From assembly GCA_965369705.1 (NCBI GenBank), contig CBDURF010000001.1, positions 3,361 to 67,360 of the forward strand: 64,000 nt of DNA. Direction: 5' to 3'. Below the pieces are notes generated by a model, which was not told the origin of the DNA, did not search any database, and was given only the letters and a program-made list of their open reading frames with translations. The stretch's first letter is position 1. Each line of letters begins with the position of its first letter. This document shows positions 39,084-49,275 of the stretch, piece by piece. The translations under genes and the position numbers were made by a program. This stretch comes from an uncultured bacterium (GTDB lineage Bacteria > Krumholzibacteriota > Krumholzibacteriia > LZORAL124-64-63).

Positions 39084-41273
39084 TCAGCTCGGGCCGACGC
39101 CCAACTGGTAACGTTCGATGGTCTGGACGCCGCTGACCTTGCCCAGAACCTTGAGGAGCTTTTCCAGGTTGTTCAGATTGCGCACTTCGACCACCAGGGT
39201 GACCTTGGCCAGGTCGTCCTCGGCATGGAATTCCCCGCTGGCGATGTTGGTGCTGGTCTGGCTGATCGTGTTGCTGATGTCCACCAACAGGTTCTTGCGG
39301 TCCTGGGCCTGGATGATGAGCTTGACCATGAAGGTCTGACCGGGCGCCGAATCCCAGGAGACCTCGATCAGCCGTTCGGGCTCCAGGTTGGGATCGTTGA
39401 GGTTGGAGCATCCCGCCCGGTGGACCGACACCCCCCGCCCCCGCGTGACGATCCCCACGATGCCGTCGCCGGGAATCGGCTGGCAACAGCGGGCGAAAGA
39501 GACCATCAGATTGTCCTCCCCCGCGACCCGTACGCCCGAGGTCGAACGGCCCAGCAGTGATTCATAGATATCCTTGCCCTTGGACAGGACTTTTTCGGCC
39601 GCCGATTCCGGATCGGGGGCGACCCGGCCCACCACCTTCATGTGGGTGATGTCGCCCCGGCCCACGGCGGCCAGCAGCTTGTCGAGCTCGGCATAGCCCA
39701 TCTGCTGGGCCACGTCCAGCAGGTCGTCCACCTTGATCTTGAGGTGGGCCCGCTTCAGTTCCTTCTCGAGGATATCCCGCCCCAGCTTGACGCTTTCCTT
39801 GAACTGGGTGGATTTTATCCAGCGCCGGATGTGATGCTTGGCTCGGCTGGTCTTGACGACCTCCAGCCAGCTGGCGCTGGGGTTGGGCATCTTGCTGGTG
39901 AGGATTTCCACCGTGTCGCCGTTCCGCAGCTCACTGCGCAAGGTGACGATCCGGCCGTTGACCTTGGCCCCGATGCAACGGAAACCGACCTCGCTGTGGA
40001 TGCGGAAGGCGAAGTCCAGCGGCGTGGCCCCGCGAGGCAGCTGGAAGACATCACCCCCGGGACTGAACACGAACACCTCCTCCCGAAAGAAATCGATCTT
40101 GAGGGTCTCCATGAACTCCTGGGCGTCGGCCACATCCTCTTCCCATACCATGATCTGGCGCAGCCACTTGACCATCTCGGCCAGATCCGCCTGGTCGGCC
40201 CCGCCGCCTTCCTTGTAGCGCCAGTGCGCAGCGATGCCCAGTTCGGCCCGGTCGTGCATTTCCTCGGTCCGGATCTGCACCTCGATGTGCTTGCCGCCGG
40301 GCACCTGGACAGTCGAGTGGATGCTCTTGTACATGTTGGCCTTGGGGGTCGCGATGTAGTCCTTGATGCGGTCGGTCAGAGGCGGGAACTGGCTGTGCAG
40401 TACTCCGAGGGCGTGGTAGCAGTCGGTCTTGGTATTGACGATGACACGCAGGGCCAGCAGGTCGTAGACACGGTTCAGACCGATTTCCTGGGCCTTCATC
40501 TTGCGGTAGATGGAGTAGAAATGCTTGGGCCGACCGCTGATCTCGTGCTGGATGCCCGCCTCGGTGAGGGCCTCGTGCAGAGGAGTGACGATCTTCTGGA
40601 TCAGTCGTTCCCGTTCGGTTCGTGTCTGATTGATGCCCGCTTCGATCTCGAAATAGCGTTCCGGCTGCAGGACCTTGAAGGCCAGATCCTCCAGCTCCCA
40701 CTTGATCTTGGCGATGCCGAACCGGTTGGCCAGGGGCGCGTAGACATCCATGGTCTCCTGCGCGATATCCTGCTGGCGATCTTCCTTGAGATAGCTGAGG
40801 GTCCGCATGTTATGCAGCCGGTCGGCCAGCTTGATCAAAACCGTCCGCGGGTCCTGGGCGATGGCCAACACCAGCTTGCGGTAGGTTTCCGCCTTACGGG
40901 CCTCCTTGTTCACCGCCCGGATACCGCTGATCTTCGTCACCCCGTCGACCATGTGGGCGACATCTTTACCGAAGCGCTGGCGAATATCCTTCATCTCGTA
41001 GTCGGTGTCCTCGACCACGTCGTGCACCATGGCCGCGATCAGGGTGTCCACGTCGAGCCGCAGGTCGGCGAGGATGGTGGCAACGGTCATGGCGTGCACG
41101 AAGAAGGGCTCGCCGCTCTTGCGTTTCTGCCCTTCGTGGGCATCCTTGGCGAACCGGTAGCCGAACCAGATCTTGTCCTCATCGGCCTGGGGATTGTAGA
41201 CGCGGACCTTCGCCCACAAGGTTTCCATCAGGGCTTTGAGGTCGACATCCACTGCCTGACCGCCGGGACTCAT
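39084..41273 (-). CDS. rel: bifunctional (p)ppGpp synthetase/hydrolase Rel/SpoT
   Basis: HD domain (HDVVEDT), synthetase, TGS and ACT domains. ATG at 41273 overlaps the recJ stop (ATGA). Confidence 0.92.
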   Translation of the reverse strand: MSPGGQAVDVDLKALMETLWAKVRVYNPQADEDKIWFGYRFAKDAHEGQKRKSGEPFFVHAMTVATILADLRLDVDTLIAAMVHDVVEDTDYEMKDIRQRFGKDVAHMVDGVTKISGIRAVNKEARKAETYRKLVLAIAQDPRTVLIKLADRLHNMRTLSYLKEDRQQDIAQETMDVYAPLANRFGIAKIKWELEDLAFKVLQPERYFEIEAGINQTRTERERLIQKIVTPLHEALTEAGIQHEISGRPKHFYSIYRKMKAQEIGLNRVYDLLALRVIVNTKTDCYHALGVLHSQFPPLTDRIKDYIATPKANMYKSIHSTVQVPGGKHIEVQIRTEEMHDRAELGIAAHWRYKEGGGADQADLAEMVKWLRQIMVWEEDVADAQEFMETLKIDFFREEVFVFSPGGDVFQLPRGATPLDFAFRIHSEVGFRCIGAKVNGRIVTLRSELRNGDTVEILTSKMPNPSASWLEVVKTSRAKHHIRRWIKSTQFKESVKLGRDILEKELKRAHLKIKVDDLLDVAQQMGYAELDKLLAAVGRGDITHMKVVGRVAPDPESAAEKVLSKGKDIYESLLGRSTSGVRVAGEDNLMVSFARCCQPIPGDGIVGIVTRGRGVSVHRAGCSNLNDPNLEPERLIEVSWDSAPGQTFMVKLIIQAQDRKNLLVDISNTISQTSTNIASGEFHAEDDLAKVTLVVEVRNLNNLEKLLKVLGKVSGVQTIERYQLGVGPS

Positions 41274-43147
41274 TGGTTCACCGCGGGCCGGATATCGACC
41301 AGGAGTTGCTGCACGGGGTCGTAGTTCCCGTTGCGTGGTCGGAAGGTGCTGCGGCTGATCTGGAACAGGATGTCCCACTGGCGGTCCAGCAGATCCCGGG
41401 GCTGGAAGCCGTTTGCCTCCAGCATCCTGCGCCAGGCGTCCCCGCTGCCGAAGGAAACGAACTCCCGGCTCAGGGCCGGCGTGTCGTTGCTGTTGGCGCG
41501 GGAGGGACCGCGAAAGGCGAAACGCAGGTGGGCGCCGCCGCTCAGGTACGTAGGAGGTTTCTGCAGGCGTAGACCCTCGCAGCGGAAAACGGGTTTGCGA
41601 TTGCCCGAGCCGAAGGGCTCCAGAAACTCGAACTCGCCCACCAGGCGGGCGACCTCTTTGGATCCCATGGAGCCCAGACTCAGATCCAGGTCGTACCCCT
41701 CGGGCACGGGACCGGAATGGGGCTCGGTAAGAAGTTCTTTGAGGAAGGCCGTGCGGAAAGCGTCGATGTCACCGGACCGCAGAGTCATCCCGGCCGCCTG
41801 GGAATGTCCCCCGTGACGAGCCAGAAAACCGGAACAACGATCCAGGACGACCTTCACGTCGACATTGGGCACGCTGCGTGCCGAGCCGCGGGCTTCGCCT
41901 CCCTCCTCGGCTATCAGGATCACCGGCAACTGGAACTGTTCCACCAACCGGGCGGCGCCGATCCCGATGATGCCCTTGTGCCAGGATGAGGAAGCCAGCA
42001 CCAGTCCGGGATCACCGCGCTGGACGTAGGGCAGGGCCATGTCGATGGCCTCTCCCTTCAACAGGAGATCCTGCTCCTTGCGCCGGGTATTTGTTCGGTC
42101 CGCCTCTTCGGCCAGGGCGCGCGCGGTGTCCGGATCCCGGGTCAGCAGAAGCTCCAGGGCCGACATGACGCGCCCGATGCGTCCACAGGCATTGATGCGG
42201 GGGGCCAACTGGTAGGCGAAATCTCCGGTGGTCACGGGGAACCCCCGGTCCAGTCCGCTGACGGCCAACAATGCCGCCAGCCCCGGCCGGATGCTCGAGC
42301 GGTCGTTGAACCTCTCCAGGCCTTTCTTGACCAGGATCCGGTTTTCCCCGACCAGGGCCATCTGATCGGCCACCAGCCCCAGGGCCACCAGATCCAGAAC
42401 GCTTACCAGGAAATCGTCGGGCAGGCAACCAGGTTCCTTCAGCTTGAGAGCCTGGGCGAACTTGAAGGCGACCGCAACCCCGCACAACTCATCGTTGGGA
42501 TAGGTCGCGCCGTCCCTACGCGGATTGACCAGGGCCGTGGCCGGTGGCCGCACGTCGAAGATATGATGGTCAAGAACGATGACGTCCATGCCCAGGTCCC
42601 GGGCCAGGGAGATCTCCGTCACCGCGGCCGCGCCGGTATCGACGGTGATCAGCAGGGTCACGCCGCGGCCCGCCCACTCGCGGACCATGCGGTCGGCCAC
42701 GCCGTACCCATCGGTGGCGCGGTCGGGAATGAAAGCCGTTTCGGGCAGGACCCGGGATCCATCTACTGTCAGGGCGGAGATCGTCTCAAACAGAAGGGCG
42801 CTGCCGGTGATCCCGTCCACGTCGAAATCCCCGTGGACGGCCACCCGCTCGCCGTCCCGCACAGCCTGGAACATCCGTTCGACCGCGCGGTCCATTTCAG
42901 TCAGCAGGAAGGGGTCGTGGAGATGATCGAGGGAAGGATAGAAGAACTGTTCCAAATCACGGTTTTCCGTCATGCCGCGGCCCGCCAGCACCTGCAGCAG
43001 GCAATCGGACACCTGGAAATCGAGAGGGACTTTGGCACGGATCCGCGTCACGGTGTCTTCGGACACGGTGGAAGTCAACAGCCAGGGCCGTCCGGACAGG
43101 ATACCTGAATGGAGAGTGTTGTCGACAGGATGTGCCAATGCCTTCAC
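41270..43147 (-). CDS. recJ: single-stranded-DNA-specific exonuclease RecJ
   Basis: DHH motifs VHGDFDVDGITGSALL, DHH, DHHI; DHHA1 domain. Confidence 0.9.
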   Translation of the reverse strand: MKALAHPVDNTLHSGILSGRPWLLTSTVSEDTVTRIRAKVPLDFQVSDCLLQVLAGRGMTENRDLEQFFYPSLDHLHDPFLLTEMDRAVERMFQAVRDGERVAVHGDFDVDGITGSALLFETISALTVDGSRVLPETAFIPDRATDGYGVADRMVREWAGRGVTLLITVDTGAAAVTEISLARDLGMDVIVLDHHIFDVRPPATALVNPRRDGATYPNDELCGVAVAFKFAQALKLKEPGCLPDDFLVSVLDLVALGLVADQMALVGENRILVKKGLERFNDRSSIRPGLAALLAVSGLDRGFPVTTGDFAYQLAPRINACGRIGRVMSALELLLTRDPDTARALAEEADRTNTRRKEQDLLLKGEAIDMALPYVQRGDPGLVLASSSWHKGIIGIGAARLVEQFQLPVILIAEEGGEARGSARSVPNVDVKVVLDRCSGFLARHGGHSQAAGMTLRSGDIDAFRTAFLKELLTEPHSGPVPEGYDLDLSLGSMGSKEVARLVGEFEFLEPFGSGNRKPVFRCEGLRLQKPPTYLSGGAHLRFAFRGPSRANSNDTPALSREFVSFGSGDAWRRMLEANGFQPRDLLDRQWDILFQISRSTFRPRNGNYDPVQQLLVDIRPAVNQ

Positions 43148-43220
43148 GCCTTCCGCGTAATCCCCGACGCCGGCGCCGGGACTGTGTCATCCGGAACCGG
43201 TCCGGATCCTGCGGTTTGAC

Positions 43221-43636
43221 GTGAGAAGCCGGTCGTAAGCCGAGTCCTGTTACCGACCGTTCCCGAGGGAAACGGCGGCGACAGTCATGTATCTCGGGCC
43301 GCCGTTACCGACGACCTCCAGCGACCTACCCGGGAGTGATTGCGAGGCGGACCACCTCATCCTCCGCTATTTGGTCTTGCTCCAGGTGGGGTTTACCCTG
43401 CCGCTCCTGTCACCAGGAGCGCGGTGAGCTCTTACCTCACCATTTCACCCTTACCCCGACTCCGGACGAATCCGTTTCCGGACCAATCCGGCGGGGCGGT
43501 ATATTTTCTGTGGCACTTTCCGTGGGATCACTCCCCCTGGCCGTTAACCAGCACCCTGCCCTGTGGAGCTCGGACTTTCCTCGAACCTCCCGAATCAATG
43601 ATTTGGAAGGCACGCGACTGCCTCCCCGACTTCTCA
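43221..43636 (-). ncRNA. rnpB: RNase P RNA, bacterial type A
   Basis: Minus sense contains GAGGAAAGUCCGAGCUCCACAGGGCAGGGUGCUGGUUAACGGCCAGGGGG (P4 region), GGAGCAAGACCAAAUAGCGG and ACAGGACUCGGCUUACGACC. The 5' GAGAAGUCGG pairs with the 3' CCGGCUUCUC (P1). Confidence 0.9.
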
Positions 43637-43686
43637 CCCAGTCATGATAGACCGTTTCGACACCCTTGTCACAGAAATAATCCGGG

Positions 43687-44397
43687 TTAAATGCAGCCGG
43701 CATCCAGGGCCCGGTTCGCCAAAGCGTCCGCGTGTCCGTTCAGGGCGCGCTTGATGTGACGGACACGGAATTCATCGAGACCCTTGCTCAGGAAGACGAC
43801 CTGCTGATACAGGGGACGCAGGTCCGGACTCTTGACCCGGTAGGTTCCGTGTAGGTGCCGGACGATGAGTTCACTGTCCATGTTCAGATGAACCCGTTTG
43901 ATTCCCCAACGCTGGCAGTGCTCCAGCGCCGCGACAACCGCGCGGTACTCGGCCACGTTGTTGGTGGCCCGACCGATGGTCTCGCAGTGCTCGGCGAGCT
44001 CCACGCCGCCCTTCAGTTTGAACACGATCCCGATGGACGCCGGGCCGGGGTTGCCGCGGCTGGCCCCGTCCGTGAAGATCTCCAGGACCGGCCGGCCCCG
44101 TGCCGGCAGAGGGGATTTGACCAGGGTCGCGGCGGCAGATAACTCGGGCCACTGGTCGGAGCCAGGATTTTTTCTGGCGATCTCCTTGCGCGGCCTGGAT
44201 TTATCCCGACTTTCCTCGACGGTCTCCGCGCCAAGATTCTGTGCCTCGTCATCGACGAGTTCCCGGCGCCAGATCGACAGGCGCCGTCTCAACTCCCGGA
44301 CCGAAAGTCCGCATTCGCGGGCCAGGGACCGCAGATCGCCGCTGCGCTCCAGGGTTTTCAGAAGTTCGGTGAGGGTTTCCGGTTTCCGTGTGGTCAT
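43687..44397 (-). CDS. rnhA: ribonuclease HI with ~95-aa N-terminal helix-turn-helix (HTH)-like extension
   Basis: Catalytic core EIFTDGASRGNPG...NNVAEYRAVVAAL...GHADALAN. The N-terminus carries LRSLARECGLSVRELRRRL. Confidence 0.85.
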   Translation of the reverse strand: MTTRKPETLTELLKTLERSGDLRSLARECGLSVRELRRRLSIWRRELVDDEAQNLGAETVEESRDKSRPRKEIARKNPGSDQWPELSAAATLVKSPLPARGRPVLEIFTDGASRGNPGPASIGIVFKLKGGVELAEHCETIGRATNNVAEYRAVVAALEHCQRWGIKRVHLNMDSELIVRHLHGTYRVKSPDLRPLYQQVVFLSKGLDEFRVRHIKRALNGHADALANRALDAGCI

Positions 44398-44439
44398 CCT
44401 GATGGTCTTTCCTTAGGGTTGCGGTGACAAAAAGCAGGC

Positions 44440-45153
44440 TCACTGCCAGGACTTGTGAACGACGTACCGGGCGCAGGATGGACAACGGACCAGGGCCCGG
44501 CCTTGTTCGGCGTCGATCCCCTGCTGGGCCGGCAATAGGCTGAAGCATCCGCCGCAGGCCCCCGCCTGGACACGGACCACGGTCTGGGGATACTGGGTCC
44601 GGAGACGAACAACGTGCCGGGCGATCTTGTCCGGCAACAGTCCCGTGAGCCGCTCGATCTCGCCGGCGAGCTCCTGCTCGGCGGCCCGGGCCCGGATTGT
44701 TTCCTCACCCATTCTGGCCAGTTCGACGGAGCCGCGGTCTGCCTGGGAATCCCGTTCACCCTTGGCCTGGCCCGTCTGCCGGTCCTTGGAGCGGACGTCG
44801 TCCATCAGTTCAATGGCCCCGGTTTCCAGGCGGTCAAGTTCGGTTTCCAGCGCCTTGATTTCGGCCTGAAGGGCCTTGTATTGGCGGCGGTCGGAAATCC
44901 CGATCACCTGGTCCCGTTTACGGGCCAGAGTCTGGTCGATATCCTGGATCCGGCCCTCGGTTCCCCTCAGGGTGGCGGCGGCATCCCGGCCCTTGGCCTC
45001 GGCCTGGGCGGCGTCGGCTTCGTATTCCTCTTGCAACTGGCGCAAATGCTGGTCGCGCTTGGTGTGGTGAGTCAGGGTAGCCTTGGCGTCGGCGAGTTCT
45101 TCCTCGAGCCCGGCCAACTCCACCATCAGATTGAGCATCACTTCGGGATCCAA
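44440..45153 (-). CDS. coiled-coil protein with C-terminal C4 zinc ribbon (COG1579/DUF164 family)
   Basis: Long heptad coiled coil, then CGGCFSLLP...CPSCARYVV. Confidence 0.7.
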   Translation of the reverse strand: MDPEVMLNLMVELAGLEEELADAKATLTHHTKRDQHLRQLQEEYEADAAQAEAKGRDAAATLRGTEGRIQDIDQTLARKRDQVIGISDRRQYKALQAEIKALETELDRLETGAIELMDDVRSKDRQTGQAKGERDSQADRGSVELARMGEETIRARAAEQELAGEIERLTGLLPDKIARHVVRLRTQYPQTVVRVQAGACGGCFSLLPAQQGIDAEQGRALVRCPSCARYVVHKSWQ

Positions 45154-45257
45154 CCGGCAACCTCCCCTTTTGCGGCAAAATGAATTCTACCATCAGGTCC
45201 CGGGCTATGCCAAGTGTCAATCCCTGACAGGGTTAACCCTGATTATACCGATCCGAG

Positions 45258-45285
45258 CAAAGAAAAAAGGGCACCGAAGCGCCCC
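45258..45285 (-). terminator. rho-independent terminator of the tRNA-Met/tRNA-Val unit
   Basis: Minus sense: GGGCGC-UUCG-GUGCCC hairpin (UUCG tetraloop) followed by UUUUUUCUUU. Confidence 0.6.
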
Positions 45286-45366
45286 TGCATCCGTCCACTC
45301 GTATCAGTTGCCGCCCTGTTCTGCCGAGCCCGGCCGCCTTCCGCCAGACTCCGACCCGAATTCGGA

Positions 45367-45443
45367 TGGTGGGCGATACTGGACTCGAACCAGTGACCTC
45401 TCGCGTGTGAGGCGAGCGCTCTAGCCAGCTGAGCTAATCGCCC
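45367..45443 (-). tRNA. tRNA-Val (anticodon CAC)
   Basis: GGGCGAUUAGCUCAGCUGGCUAGAGCGCUCGCCUCACACGCGAGAGGUCACUGGUUCGAGUCCAGUAUCGCCCACCA; cloverleaf with encoded CCA. Confidence 0.9.
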
Positions 45444-45494
45444 ATCCGATTTCCAGGGACTTGCCGCCGTCCCGCCTCCGTCCTGAAGAGGCCT

Positions 45495-45571
45495 TGGTGG
45501 GCCTACCTGGACTTGAACCAGGGACCGGCCGGTTATGAGCCGGCTGCTCTAACCAACTGAGCTATAGGCCC
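45495..45571 (-). tRNA. tRNA-Met, elongator type (anticodon CAU; a lysidine-modified tRNA-Ile2 cannot be excluded)
   Basis: GGGCCUAUAGCUCAGUUGGUUAGAGCAGCCGGCUCAUAACCGGCCGGUCCCUGGUUCAAGUCCAGGUAGGCCCACCA. G1:C72 is paired, so it is not an initiator tRNA. Confidence 0.85.
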
Positions 45572-45586
45572 GGGACCGGGAGGGGC

Positions 45587-45615
45587 AAGATAATTGATCC
45601 CCCAGACCTGGTCAA
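45587..45615 (-). promoter_or_regulatory. putative sigma70-like promoter for the tRNA-Met/tRNA-Val unit, overlapping the rpoD stop
   Basis: Minus sense: TTGACC, 17 nt, TATCTT, ending about 15 nt before the tRNA-Met 5' end. Confidence 0.3.
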
Positions 45616-47333
45616 ACCATTTCCCCGTAACCCTTGAGCTTGCGGCTCCGGCTTGGATGGCGAAGCTTTCGCAGGGCCTTGGCCTCGATCTGCCGCACGC
45701 GTTCGCGCGTCACCTTGAAGATTGTGCCGACTTCCTCCAGGGTCCGGGGGGTCCCGTCGCCCAGCCCGAAGCGCAGGCGAATGACCTTCTCCTCGCGGCG
45801 GGTCAAGGTACTCAGCACCCGCTGCATCTGATCCTTGAGCATGCTGTGGGCGGCCATGCGGGCGGGCGAAGGAGCGGTGTCGTCCTCAATGAAATCACTC
45901 AGGTTGCTGTCCTCGTCCTCCCCGATGGGCCGATCCAGGCTGACCGGTTCCATGGAGGCCTGCAGCACACCCTGGACCTTTTCCAGGGGCATCTCCAGGA
46001 AGTTCGCCACTTCCTCGGGCTTGGGATCCCGGCCCAACTCCTGCAGCAAATGCCGGTTGGCCCGATTCACCTTGTTGATGGCCTCAATCATGTGCACGGG
46101 CACGCGGATGGTGCGAGCCTGATCGGCGATGGCCCGTGTGATGGCCTGCCGAATCCACCAGGTGGCGTAGGTGGAGAACTTGTAGCCCTTGCGGTAATCG
46201 AATTTCTCCACGGCACGCATCAGACCGCTGTTGCCCTCCTGGATCAGGTCCAGGAACTCCAGGCCCCGGTTGGTATAGCGTTTGGCGATGCTGATCACGA
46301 GCCGGACGTTGGCTTCGATCATCTCGCGCTGAGCCGTATCCACCTGCTGCTTGCCCATCACGATTTCGTTGCCGATCCGGCTGAGCTGATCACCGGTCAG
46401 GCCGATTTCCCTCTCGATATCCTGGGTCCGTTTGCGCAGGCTGCGTACGACCTGGTAGGCCTCCTCGATGTTTTCCTTCCGGCCTTTCTTGATGTTCTTG
46501 CTCTTCAGCACCGTGCTCATTTCGGCGAAGGGCACCCCGACGTCCTCTTCCGCCAGGGCGATGCGCGCGTGCAGATCGCAGACCTTCCCCTGGACGAGCA
46601 TGAGTTTGTTGGCCAGCTGTTCGATCTGCGCCGGCGCCAGATGAAGATCCATGAAGGTCTCGAGAATCTTCTTCTCCCGGGTCTGGATCATGCGCGTCAG
46701 GATGGCCGCGCGGGTCCCGTTGGTGCAGGTCTCCAGTTCGGTGTGCTCCTCGTTCATCTCCTTTTGCCAGGCCTCGATCCTGTCCAGGGCCCGGTGGATC
46801 CGCTTGGCTTCCTTCTTGGCCGACAGGTGCACGTTCCAGGTGCTGGTGTCGTGCTGGATCACCTCATCCAGGTGGATGGATTCGGCCAGCAACTGACCGG
46901 CGGTCTGGCGCAGTTCGTTGAGTGCGTGGCTGGAACGAATCGTCGCCTCGATGATGGCGATGCGCCCATCCTCCATGCGGCGGGCCAGGTTGACCTCGCC
47001 CTGCCGGGTCAGCAGGGGGACGCGTCCCATCTCGCGCAGGTACATGCGAACCGGGTCGTCATATTTGACGTGGGTCCGGGAAACCTTGCGGGCGGCGGCG
47101 ATCTTCTTCTTTTCCTTTTTCTTGCGCCGGGACAACTTCTCCTTGGCCTCGGTCTCGGAGTCGTAGTAGTCGATCTGGAGTTCGCCCAGTTTCTCGTAAA
47201 TACGTTCGATCTGTTTGACGTCGACCTCATCGCCCAGCATCTCGTTGATCTGGTCGTGCAGGATGTAACCACCTTTCGCGGTGGCCTCCTTGCGGATCTT
47301 TTTTATGATGGCGTCGAACTGCTTGTTTTCCAT
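45612..47333 (-). CDS. rpoD: RNA polymerase sigma factor RpoD (sigma-70)
   Basis: Regions 1.1 to 4, [25 protein letters not shown]-terminal HTH. ATG at 47333 sits 7 nt after the dnaG stop; the caller's TTG at 47399 overlaps dnaG. Confidence 0.93.
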   Translation of the reverse strand: MENKQFDAIIKKIRKEATAKGGYILHDQINEMLGDEVDVKQIERIYEKLGELQIDYYDSETEAKEKLSRRKKKEKKKIAAARKVSRTHVKYDDPVRMYLREMGRVPLLTRQGEVNLARRMEDGRIAIIEATIRSSHALNELRQTAGQLLAESIHLDEVIQHDTSTWNVHLSAKKEAKRIHRALDRIEAWQKEMNEEHTELETCTNGTRAAILTRMIQTREKKILETFMDLHLAPAQIEQLANKLMLVQGKVCDLHARIALAEEDVGVPFAEMSTVLKSKNIKKGRKENIEEAYQVVRSLRKRTQDIEREIGLTGDQLSRIGNEIVMGKQQVDTAQREMIEANVRLVISIAKRYTNRGLEFLDLIQEGNSGLMRAVEKFDYRKGYKFSTYATWWIRQAITRAIADQARTIRVPVHMIEAINKVNRANRHLLQELGRDPKPEEVANFLEMPLEKVQGVLQASMEPVSLDRPIGEDEDSNLSDFIEDDTAPSPARMAAHSMLKDQMQRVLSTLTRREEKVIRLRFGLGDGTPRTLEEVGTIFKVTRERVRQIEAKALRKLRHPSRSRKLKGYGEMV

Positions 47334-47340
47334 ATGCGCC

Positions 47341-49125
47341 TTATTCCCCCGTGTGCACTGAACCCCGTCGGACCTCGGCTGGCCTGGAATCATGTCCAAG
47401 CCGTCCGAGACAATCCTTGATGACCTTGATGAAATCGGTGCCGTCAGGGCGGTCCTCCTTGCTGATCAACTGGCTGACATAATCACGGTACGCCCTGTCG
47501 CCGAGGGAGTTCCACCGGTCTTCAATGAAGTCCCTGGGCGAACGTCCCGTGCCGCCCTCGACCGCCCAGGTGGAAATCTCGTCCACCAGGGTCCGGGCCT
47601 CGGATCGGCTGAGCTCCAGGTCACCGCGTTCTGCCAGAAAAACACGGGCGGCCTCACCCGAGTCGTCCAACAGGATATGTGAGAGCATGTCGGCCTCGAT
47701 GGGCTCCGCGCTGACTTGCGCCAGGGAGCGTCGAACCTGTGGTCCGGTTCGGCGCTTGACGGTTGCGGTGGCCTCATCTGAGCCGGGCTTGCCCCCGGGG
47801 CCGGGTTCCTTATTCGCTCTTCGCCCCTGCCGGACGCCGGCCGCTTCCTTCTCCACGGCCTCCCGCAGAAGATCCGCCTGCAGGCCGAACACCTCGGCAG
47901 CTTCCTGCAGCACGTATTCCCGACGCAGGGAGTCATCAATGCCGGCGATCGTTCCCAGCGCCTGCCGCAGGGCCCGTTCCCGGACTTCACGGTCGCCGCC
48001 GCGGGCATCGGCCAGCCCCTTGAGAAAGGGAATGTAACCCACGGCTCCCTTCAAGACCCCATGGATGGCGTCGACCCCGTCGCCGATCACGACGTCCGCG
48101 GGATCCTTGCCGTCCGGCAAACTGACGATCTTCGGTTCCAGACCGTTGCGGAGAGCCACATCGGCCGACCGCACGGCGGCCTTCAATCCGGCCTTGTCGC
48201 CGTCGAACACGAGCAGGACATTCCTGGCCCCCCGTCTTATCAGCTTGGCCTGATCCACCGTGAAGGCGGTACCGCAGGTCGCCACCACATTGACGATCCC
48301 GACCTGGGCCAGAGCCAGCAGATCGAGGTACCCCTCCACGAGAATGGCCGATTTTTCGCGGGCGATCGCCATCCGGGAAGCTTCAAAACCGTAGAGAAGC
48401 TTCCCTTTGGAAAAATAGGAACTGTCGGAGGAGTTCAGGTATTTCGGTTCACCCTGGTCGATCACCCTGCCGCCGAAACCAGCGACCTGTCTCGAAATGT
48501 TCTTGATGGGAAATATAATCCGGCTGCGGAAATAGGCAAATGGTGCGCCGCCACGATCGCTGGCGCGCATCAGATCCGCCCGCTGGGCCAGCTCGTCATC
48601 CACTCCGCCCTTCCTCAAACCGCTGGCCAACCATTCCGAGCCCGCGGGAGCCCAGCCCACGTCGAAATCCCTCAGCGCCTTTTCCCGGAACCCCCGTTCC
48701 TTCAGGTAGGTCAGGGCGTTTCGGCCGAGCTTGGGGTCCCAGAAGGCATCGCGCCACAGGGTCATCGCCACCTCGTTGGCGCGGTGGAAAGCGCGTCTTT
48801 CGCCTTCGGATTCGTCGTCCCTCAGCCAGGCGGAAAGATCTATGTCAAGGGGTCGTGCGAGAACTTCCACGGCTTCGGGAAAGGTCAGACCTTCGATTTC
48901 CATGGTGAAGGAAATGACGTCGCCGCCTGTCGCGCAGCCGAAACAATGGTAGCGCTGGCGGGCGGGTGTAACGATGAAACTGGGAGTTTTCTCCTTGTGG
49001 AAGGGGCAAAGCCCCTTGTAGACGGACCCGGCCGCCTTGAGGCTGACATGCTGGCGCACCACCTCGACGATGTCGGTCTCGTCCTTGACTCGGGCGATGA
49101 TGTCCGGAGAAAAAACGGGTGTCAT
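47341..49125 (-). CDS. dnaG: DNA primase
   Basis: Zinc-binding [11 protein letters not shown]...[10 protein letters not shown] and a TOPRIM domain. Start taken at [23 protein letters not shown]. Confidence 0.9.
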   Translation of the reverse strand: MTPVFSPDIIARVKDETDIVEVVRQHVSLKAAGSVYKGLCPFHKEKTPSFIVTPARQRYHCFGCATGGDVISFTMEIEGLTFPEAVEVLARPLDIDLSAWLRDDESEGERRAFHRANEVAMTLWRDAFWDPKLGRNALTYLKERGFREKALRDFDVGWAPAGSEWLASGLRKGGVDDELAQRADLMRASDRGGAPFAYFRSRIIFPIKNISRQVAGFGGRVIDQGEPKYLNSSDSSYFSKGKLLYGFEASRMAIAREKSAILVEGYLDLLALAQVGIVNVVATCGTAFTVDQAKLIRRGARNVLLVFDGDKAGLKAAVRSADVALRNGLEPKIVSLPDGKDPADVVIGDGVDAIHGVLKGAVGYIPFLKGLADARGGDREVRERALRQALGTIAGIDDSLRREYVLQEAAEVFGLQADLLREAVEKEAAGVRQGRRANKEPGPGGKPGSDEATATVKRRTGPQVRRSLAQVSAEPIEADMLSHILLDDSGEAARVFLAERGDLELSRSEARTLVDEISTWAVEGGTGRSPRDFIEDRWNSLGDRAYRDYVSQLISKEDRPDGTDFIKVIKDCLGRLGHDSRPAEVRRGSVHTGE

Positions 49126-49275
49126 TGTATTTTGAGTCCCAGACCTGGTTGCATTGGTTCCCCCGCGGGCGAGACGGTGTGGACACGGAAACACAGGGAA
49201 CTTGTAAAGATATGATCAAAAACCCTGTAACGGCAACTTTTAGGGAGGAAGTTTCTGGTGGGGCCGCCGCCCGGT

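Noticed and set aside
43336-43703. ORFs of 103, 116 and 88 aa (43336..43647 +, 43340..43690 +, 43437..43703 -).
   Set aside because: They lie entirely within the RNase P RNA gene.
45495-45571. Possibility that the CAU tRNA is the initiator tRNA-fMet.
   Set aside because: A G1:C72 Watson-Crick pair and the lack of a three-GC anticodon stem argue for an elongator Met (or Ile2) tRNA.
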